Made by a program: the position numbers and the translations under genes. A DNA stretch of 64,000 nucleotides from Candidatus Bathyarchaeota archaeon (GTDB lineage: Archaea; Thermoproteota; Bathyarchaeia; Bathyarchaeales; Bathycorpusculaceae): the NCBI GenBank assembly GCA_963739305.1, contig CAVTZU010000013.1:32001-96000 (forward strand), given 5' to 3'. Below, in pieces: positions 57,689-64,000 of this stretch (its first letter is position 1; the number at the start of each line of letters is the position of its first letter). The notes under the pieces are model-generated. The model worked only from the letters and a program-made list of their open reading frames with translations. It ran no database searches and was not told where the DNA came from.

Positions 57689-60517
57689 ATGAGTACTGAC
57701 GTTGCGAGTAAGACAGACGTAATGTACGAAATCCTGTACAATCCCACAGAGTTCATTCCATTGCCTTCATCGCGGGTTAATGTAAAGACAACGATTGTTG
57801 ATAACAAACCCTCCTATTTGATGAAGAATCATGCAACTGGAACATACTACGATCTCGATGAGCTAACAGACTTGATCTGGAGTCTGACAGACGGCAAAAG
57901 AACAGTCAGTCAAATCGTCAAGGATGTTCAGGCTCAGAAACCGAAGGTGCAGGAAAAAACTGTTTTTGAAAACCTATTGTTTTTTGCTGATTCAAATCTT
58001 CTGGAGGAAAAATCTGAAGAGAAACCAAAGACGAGATTCAGAGTAGTGTCCTCCTTTGAAATGGCAATTACGTTGATTCGAAATAGCCACGGTTTCATCC
58101 ACTCTCTTCATTCACGCATACATCTGATTTTCAGGAGATGGTTACTTTGGGTCACGATCGGATTTATCATTGCGGCTGCAGTGTTGTTTGCTCGTGAATT
58201 TGTGTCGATCTATGGACAAAAAGCGAATTTCGAAATCATGGGGTCATCGGTTGTGGGCTTCTTCTTCTATTATTTTGTGCCTCTAGCTCCTGTGATTGCA
58301 ATTCATGAAATTGCCCATGCAATAACTCTTGTGCATTTCGGTGGTCAGGCTGGTGAGATGGGAACTGGCTTGTTTTACTTCAGTCCAATGTTCTATACGG
58401 ATACCACGGACGCCTGGGGGCTAACGAGAGGTCAGAGAATGCAGGTCTACCTAGCCGGAAACATTTCCACCTTGCTCATCGGAGCCGCTCTTGTTTTTGT
58501 TCATCTCTTTGTTCAGATTCCCGGGTTTGCCTCTCAAATCGTTCTCATGGTGTCTTTTTACTGTTTTTCAATGTCACTCATGAACTTTGCCCCTCCCTTC
58601 GAGACTGACGGTTATTACATACTCTCGGACGCCGTCAAGATGCCGAACCTTCGATATGACTCGTATGGCTATTTGGGCTCGGTTGTCAGACGTTTTTTCA
58701 GAAGACCTGTAAAGAAAGAAACTTCAGGGCTAACCAAAAGAAAAAAGCAGATCTTTTTATTATATGGACTTGTATCTGTGGCCTGGATCATATACATCAT
58801 TTTTCAAACGTCACTCTTCCTCGTCTATATGGGTCAAGACGTGACTGTTGCTCTCAGAAACATTGGTGGGGCAATCGTATCTTCCCAAGCGATACCGATA
58901 GCGGCAGTTGTGATTGCAACACTTTCTACCCTTTATTTCGGAATGCAACTCACAGGATACACGTTCGCTTTTTCGAGCGCGGTGAAAAAAGCCATGGCAA
59001 GACCTCTCACTCTTGAAGCCATCCATGATCGAGACTTAACTGTATTTGAGTATCTTCCTCCTGGCGTTCCAGAATTCCTCTGCAACCGTCTGAAGTCAAG
59101 AATGGAAAAGATCTCGAGGAAATTTACACCGAAGTTTGAGGTTAAACTTGTCGGACGGTCCTGCTTGGCTACATTGAGAATGGGCGGTACAAATTTGGCC
59201 TTAGTCCAAATCAAAGAGCATCTGAAACGGATTGAAAAAGAGTTTAACTCGGCGTATGAGAAACTTATACTAAGTCATAAGGACACGATTCAAAGATCGG
59301 TAGGTGTCCACTCCCCACAAAAGATTGGATTCACAAACGCTTTCAAACAATTTGCGACTGAATCATCAGAAGCGGGAAATTCCACTGCGTTCAACATTGC
59401 TCGAGCTTGTGAAAAAACTCAAGAAGAGACTCTCTTGTATCTTCTGCAATCGGCTTGTGGCACGGTTTGGAACATCGAAGTTCCGCCCTCCCAAGAATAC
59501 GAGTTTCAGAAAGAGTTGGCACCATCTTTACTTCTTGAAGACATGACTTTAACTGACCTTTACCACGACACTGAGAACTTCAAAAAACGCGTCATCTACG
59601 GTTTGGATTCGCTTATGGTTTTGGCAGTCGACACCGAAACTGCAATGAAGGAAGGACTTGCCAAACCGGATGAGTATCAATGTCTGAGTGTGTTAGAACC
59701 CATAAAGAGCCGAATCATTTTCGTAGGTCGAACTGACCCGATTGCCTACAAGTCAGAGGCATTCGCACCTATCTTTCTTACGTACACATGGACCGGCTAC
59801 ACGGACAATCTTTTGTGCGAGACCTGTCTGAAACTCGCAACAATCAAGCGAGCTCGTCTGCCTGATTCCAAAGAGATAGAAGAGTTAAGCATCGGCGAAT
59901 TAGCCGTTCTGTCGAAGGATCTCATGCTTTTCGATCAAACCAGGGATCTGGTTGATAGGCGAATTAAAAAGACTATGGAACAATTTGCCAAAATGAATCA
60001 AAGTCTTGCTGAAATGCAGCATACGGCAGAATCAGTGCAAATTTTCAAAATCGGAATGTTGGAAGCAGCTTTGCGTGTGAACACCGAGAATTTGACCTCT
60101 ATCCCCGGCAGGATTAGATGTTTCCAGAAAGATTGGAGTATAATGTGCAAGAGAATTGGGAAAGTGCAAGACCACGTTCAAAAGGCATACGATGAGACGA
60201 AGCCAGGCATCGAAAAGAGAAAACGCCATTTGCTGATGTTTTCTCCCTTCATCGTCATGGCGTCTGTTTTGCTCCTTGTTTTGGGCTTCAAACAAATGCC
60301 AACATCATGGTCGATTATATTATTCTCACTTTCGGCTGCGGTGCAGGTTGCCTATTGGACATTTTCCTATCGAGCGTGGAACTCAGCTCGCAAAGTTTCG
60401 AAGTATTCGGCCGAGGCTTTCAACTCAGTTCACACTGTTCTTCTAGCTCTGACAGAAGCCGTTTTCGGTTACGTGACGACCGAAGACGCTTTGACTCTGG
60501 ACGAGACATCAGTCTGA
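57689..60517 (+). CDS. PqqD/RRE-like domain + M50 (YydH-like) membrane zinc metalloprotease + large unknown C-terminal region
   Basis: YLMKNHATGTYYDLDELTDLIWSLTDGKRTVSQIV (PqqD-like); IHEIAHA, P.FYTDTTDAW, LAG, NFAPPFETDGYYILSD..KMPNL (M50). Confidence 0.88.
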   Translation: MSTDVASKTDVMYEILYNPTEFIPLPSSRVNVKTTIVDNKPSYLMKNHATGTYYDLDELTDLIWSLTDGKRTVSQIVKDVQAQKPKVQEKTVFENLLFFADSNLLEEKSEEKPKTRFRVVSSFEMAITLIRNSHGFIHSLHSRIHLIFRRWLLWVTIGFIIAAAVLFAREFVSIYGQKANFEIMGSSVVGFFFYYFVPLAPVIAIHEIAHAITLVHFGGQAGEMGTGLFYFSPMFYTDTTDAWGLTRGQRMQVYLAGNISTLLIGAALVFVHLFVQIPGFASQIVLMVSFYCFSMSLMNFAPPFETDGYYILSDAVKMPNLRYDSYGYLGSVVRRFFRRPVKKETSGLTKRKKQIFLLYGLVSVAWIIYIIFQTSLFLVYMGQDVTVALRNIGGAIVSSQAIPIAAVVIATLSTLYFGMQLTGYTFAFSSAVKKAMARPLTLEAIHDRDLTVFEYLPPGVPEFLCNRLKSRMEKISRKFTPKFEVKLVGRSCLATLRMGGTNLALVQIKEHLKRIEKEFNSAYEKLILSHKDTIQRSVGVHSPQKIGFTNAFKQFATESSEAGNSTAFNIARACEKTQEETLLYLLQSACGTVWNIEVPPSQEYEFQKELAPSLLLEDMTLTDLYHDTENFKKRVIYGLDSLMVLAVDTETAMKEGLAKPDEYQCLSVLEPIKSRIIFVGRTDPIAYKSEAFAPIFLTYTWTGYTDNLLCETCLKLATIKRARLPDSKEIEELSIGELAVLSKDLMLFDQTRDLVDRRIKKTMEQFAKMNQSLAEMQHTAESVQIFKIGMLEAALRVNTENLTSIPGRIRCFQKDWSIMCKRIGKVQDHVQKAYDETKPGIEKRKRHLLMFSPFIVMASVLLLVLGFKQMPTSWSIILFSLSAAVQVAYWTFSYRAWNSARKVSKYSAEAFNSVHTVLLALTEAVFGYVTTEDALTLDETSV

Positions 60518-60592
60518 AAGCTTTCAGATATTCCGGCAGATGATGCAAACGCGCGGTGAGCAAGTTTATAAGCTTTAGCAACAAGTATTTGT

Positions 60593-61375
60593 TTGATTCA
60601 GATGCCATTATCTGACCACAAGAGATTTTCAAAAACAACACGCAACTCTTCGGACACTCGTGAAGGATCCCTAAAAGAAGCGTTGTCCGAGCCTCGGAAA
60701 CCTGTCGGGGTTGATCGCGTGACAGATCTCATGAATTGTATGGATATTTCAAAGAAGGTTTATCATTCTTCAATTCTGCCCAAGAAACTTTCCAGTAGCA
60801 ATTCAGCCAAGACAAGAGTAGTTGGGGGAATTTCTAGAAATCTTGGTTCACATTCGTTCTCGGATAAACGATTGAAGCCCCGAGACTTCAACCTATGCAG
60901 AATCCCGAAAAAAAGCTCGAGTCTGCTGAGTAAAAGTGTTAATAGCTCTAGTTTTCTGATGGGAATTTTTACGCGAGAGGGACCCACATCAAAGTTTCCA
61001 TCAGCCTTTGTTGACAAGAACAAACTAGTAATGCACAAGCTGAATCGACCTCTTTCTCGAAAAGAAGTCAATTCAAATAATCAAAAACTCGGGCACTTTT
61101 CAAATGCTACTGCACTTCGATTGTTTGAAGCTTTGTCAAAGGAGCCAATGGAGTTTCTTCGTCTTCACACAAGTTTTGGAGTTTCAAAGCGGACCGTGAG
61201 GGGGTTCGTCAGAAATGGATGGTTAACAGAGACGTGGGGACGAGGAGGCGTGGGTATTCGGTTCAGACTTTCAGAGAAGGGAAGGAACTATCTAAAAAGC
61301 CTTGAGGAATATTCAAAGTACGAAACAAAACCGAATCTGCGAAACTTCATTCGTCTAAAAAATAGAGCCTTCTGA
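60593..61375 (+). CDS. Hypothetical basic protein with C-terminal winged-helix-like domain
   Basis: S/K-rich N-half; LFEALSKEPMEF..L...FGVSKRTV..FVRNGWL.E......FRLSEKG..YL. Confidence 0.65.
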   Translation: MIQMPLSDHKRFSKTTRNSSDTREGSLKEALSEPRKPVGVDRVTDLMNCMDISKKVYHSSILPKKLSSSNSAKTRVVGGISRNLGSHSFSDKRLKPRDFNLCRIPKKSSSLLSKSVNSSSFLMGIFTREGPTSKFPSAFVDKNKLVMHKLNRPLSRKEVNSNNQKLGHFSNATALRLFEALSKEPMEFLRLHTSFGVSKRTVRGFVRNGWLTETWGRGGVGIRFRLSEKGRNYLKSLEEYSKYETKPNLRNFIRLKNRAF

Positions 61376-61641
61376 TGCCGTCCAATTCATGGGTAATTCT
61401 CCCTTCAGGGAGGAGGAGGCGGTCGCGGAGGAGGTGGCAGAACACTTCAAATCTTTCCCATTCACGCTGCGTACGGCCGCAACGATAACGCCGATGACAA
61501 ATGCAGGTGTCGGGTCAAGGCCTCTTCTGCATTCTGGAGTGTAACGCGCGCTTCAGATGGACCTTCCATATTTCTTTTTCCACGATCAGGAGGGATGGCA
61601 AGCCTTTAATGCGATTCTTTCGCGAATAGAGACATGAGAAG

Positions 61642-62535
61642 ATGAGCATGCCGAAACCGATTCTGGAAGGAATTCTTGTTCCCAGCGTTACCCCCTTCAC
61701 CCGCACTGGACGCATCGACGTCAGCTCATTAAGGGAATGCGTAAGCTTCTGGCTGGAAGGCGGCCTCTCAGGACTAGTTCCAATCGGCAGCAACGGTGAG
61801 GCTCCGTATCTTTCAAGACAAGAACGAGTAAGCATAATCAAAACAGTTGTCGACGAGACCAACGGAAAAGTCCCAGTGATTGCGGGCACAGGCAGCACCA
61901 GCACCAGAGAGACGATCCTGTTCACCAAGGACGCAGCCGACTTAGGCGCGGACGCCGCCCTGATAGTGACGCCATACTACTACAAACTGAACAGCCAAGA
62001 AATCCACGAGCACTACAAGAGCGTGTCTGAAGCCGTCGATTTTCCTATAGTCGTCTACAGCGTCCCAAAGTTTACAGGCGTGTCGCTGGAACCAGCCTTC
62101 ATCAACAAGCTTGCCTTGGAAAACAGGAAAGTGATTGGAGTGAAGGACAGCAGCGGAAACCTCGGTGCCATCACCGAAACCATAAGGCTGACAGGCAAAC
62201 GACTCTCAGTCTTGGCAGGCAGCGCCGACATAGTTTTGCCTACCTTATTGGCAGGAGGCAGCGGCGCAGTTGTGGCGGTTGCCAACGTGTTTCCCGCCTT
62301 GTGCAGCAAACTTTACATGGCTTTTAAGAAGCGAGACTACGAAGAAGCCTCCGCGCTCCAGAACCGCGTATCGTTCGCAAATGAAGTCCTGGTGAAAAAG
62401 TTCAACCAGCTTTCAGCCATCAAAGAAGCGATGAAGTCAAAAGGACTTCCCGCCGGATATCCTCGTAGACCAGCATTGCCCCTCGTCGGCACTGATAAGA
62501 AAACGCTCCTTGGCCTGTTGAAAGAAATAGGGTAA
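61642..62535 (+). CDS. dapA: Dihydrodipicolinate synthase (DapA) family aldolase
   Basis: VTPF, GSNGE, VIAGTG, VTPYY, Y.VP..TG, GVKDSSG. Confidence 0.88.
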   Translation: MSMPKPILEGILVPSVTPFTRTGRIDVSSLRECVSFWLEGGLSGLVPIGSNGEAPYLSRQERVSIIKTVVDETNGKVPVIAGTGSTSTRETILFTKDAADLGADAALIVTPYYYKLNSQEIHEHYKSVSEAVDFPIVVYSVPKFTGVSLEPAFINKLALENRKVIGVKDSSGNLGAITETIRLTGKRLSVLAGSADIVLPTLLAGGSGAVVAVANVFPALCSKLYMAFKKRDYEEASALQNRVSFANEVLVKKFNQLSAIKEAMKSKGLPAGYPRRPALPLVGTDKKTLLGLLKEIG

Positions 62536-62614
62536 CCTCAGGTTTTCAGCATGTACCAAAACAGATAAGAACTCGTATACAGACCATCAATGCACCAAGT
62601 GGAAGTGAGCTGCA

Positions 62615-62809
62615 ATGCCTGCTGAAATCCTTGATACCGAACACTTTGTGAAGCTGAGTGAAAAAGCAGAGTTCTGCGCCGTCAAACGGTTAAAGGAAGT
62701 CGTGAAGCTGAAGCTTCGAACGCCGAGCAAACTGTACACACTGAAGATTGAACCAATGAAGGCTGAAGAAGTCATCAAGAAGCTTCAATGCGAAATCCGC
62801 GAGATATGA
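62615..62809 (+). CDS. rpl38e: Ribosomal protein eL38 (L38e)
   Basis: MP.EI.D...F......VK...VKLKLRT...LYTL. Confidence 0.85.
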   Translation: MPAEILDTEHFVKLSEKAEFCAVKRLKEVVKLKLRTPSKLYTLKIEPMKAEEVIKKLQCEIREI

Positions 62810-63123
62810 GCGCGTGTCCCAGAAACTGTCGTGATCTTCTAGTTTAGATTTTCTTTGGCGCGCGTCGTCAGTTTGCTTGTCAACAACGATCCCCGCGTAC
62901 ATTGCGAGATTTTGAGCCTTCAGAAGGTACCGTAAGCAGCAATGCATGCAAGCAACATGCAATCCTGCTGCAAGACAAGCCTAACAGGCCGTTCATATTT
63001 GGATCCAAATATTCATGGTACATTGAAACCTAGGAGGGGTACCGATCACCGCCACACCAGATCTCCAAACATTACCAAGCGTGTCCCTAATCAATGAGCT
63101 AAAGCGGCCGCGCGAATTTGTGA

Positions 63124-64000
<877 letters not shown>

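Noticed and set aside
61405-61520. Minus-strand hydrophobic stretch and PPPPRPPPPP-stop
   Set aside because: Pieces are in different frames with no start; at most a small gene relic.

Overview
Archaeal chromosomal window, most likely Bathyarchaeia (inferred from eL38, Alba, two PurP homologues, a divergent EF-2 paralogue lacking the diphthamide loop, CCA-encoding intronless tRNAs and a typical integrase C-terminal tail). 1-32 kb is mostly housekeeping: 2-oxoacid:ferredoxin oxidoreductase with aminotransferase and 2-hydroxyacid dehydrogenase, pyk, deoxyhypusine synthase, dinB, OGG1, EF-2 paralogue, purE-purC-purP-purP, a flippase and three tRNAs. From tRNA-Val (32.9 kb) to about 47 kb there is a patchwork of very small genes, an integrase relic and a dispersed 90-bp repeat, punctuated by a recurrent palindrome TAGCGCGCGCTA. 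The most striking locus is 56.9-61.4 kb: a 106-aa peptide made of a leader plus 16 synonymously diversified (S/N)ART repeats, followed by a hairpin and a 942-aa protein fusing a PqqD/RRE-like domain, an M50 (YydH-like) membrane zinc protease and a large unrecognised domain. A divergent AbrB regulator and a STAND ATPase-TPR gene lie next to it. This is a candidate undescribed archaeal repeat-precursor peptide (RiPP-like) system. Several single-base frameshifts suggest residual assembly errors. All family calls are by-eye motif recognition; no searches were run.
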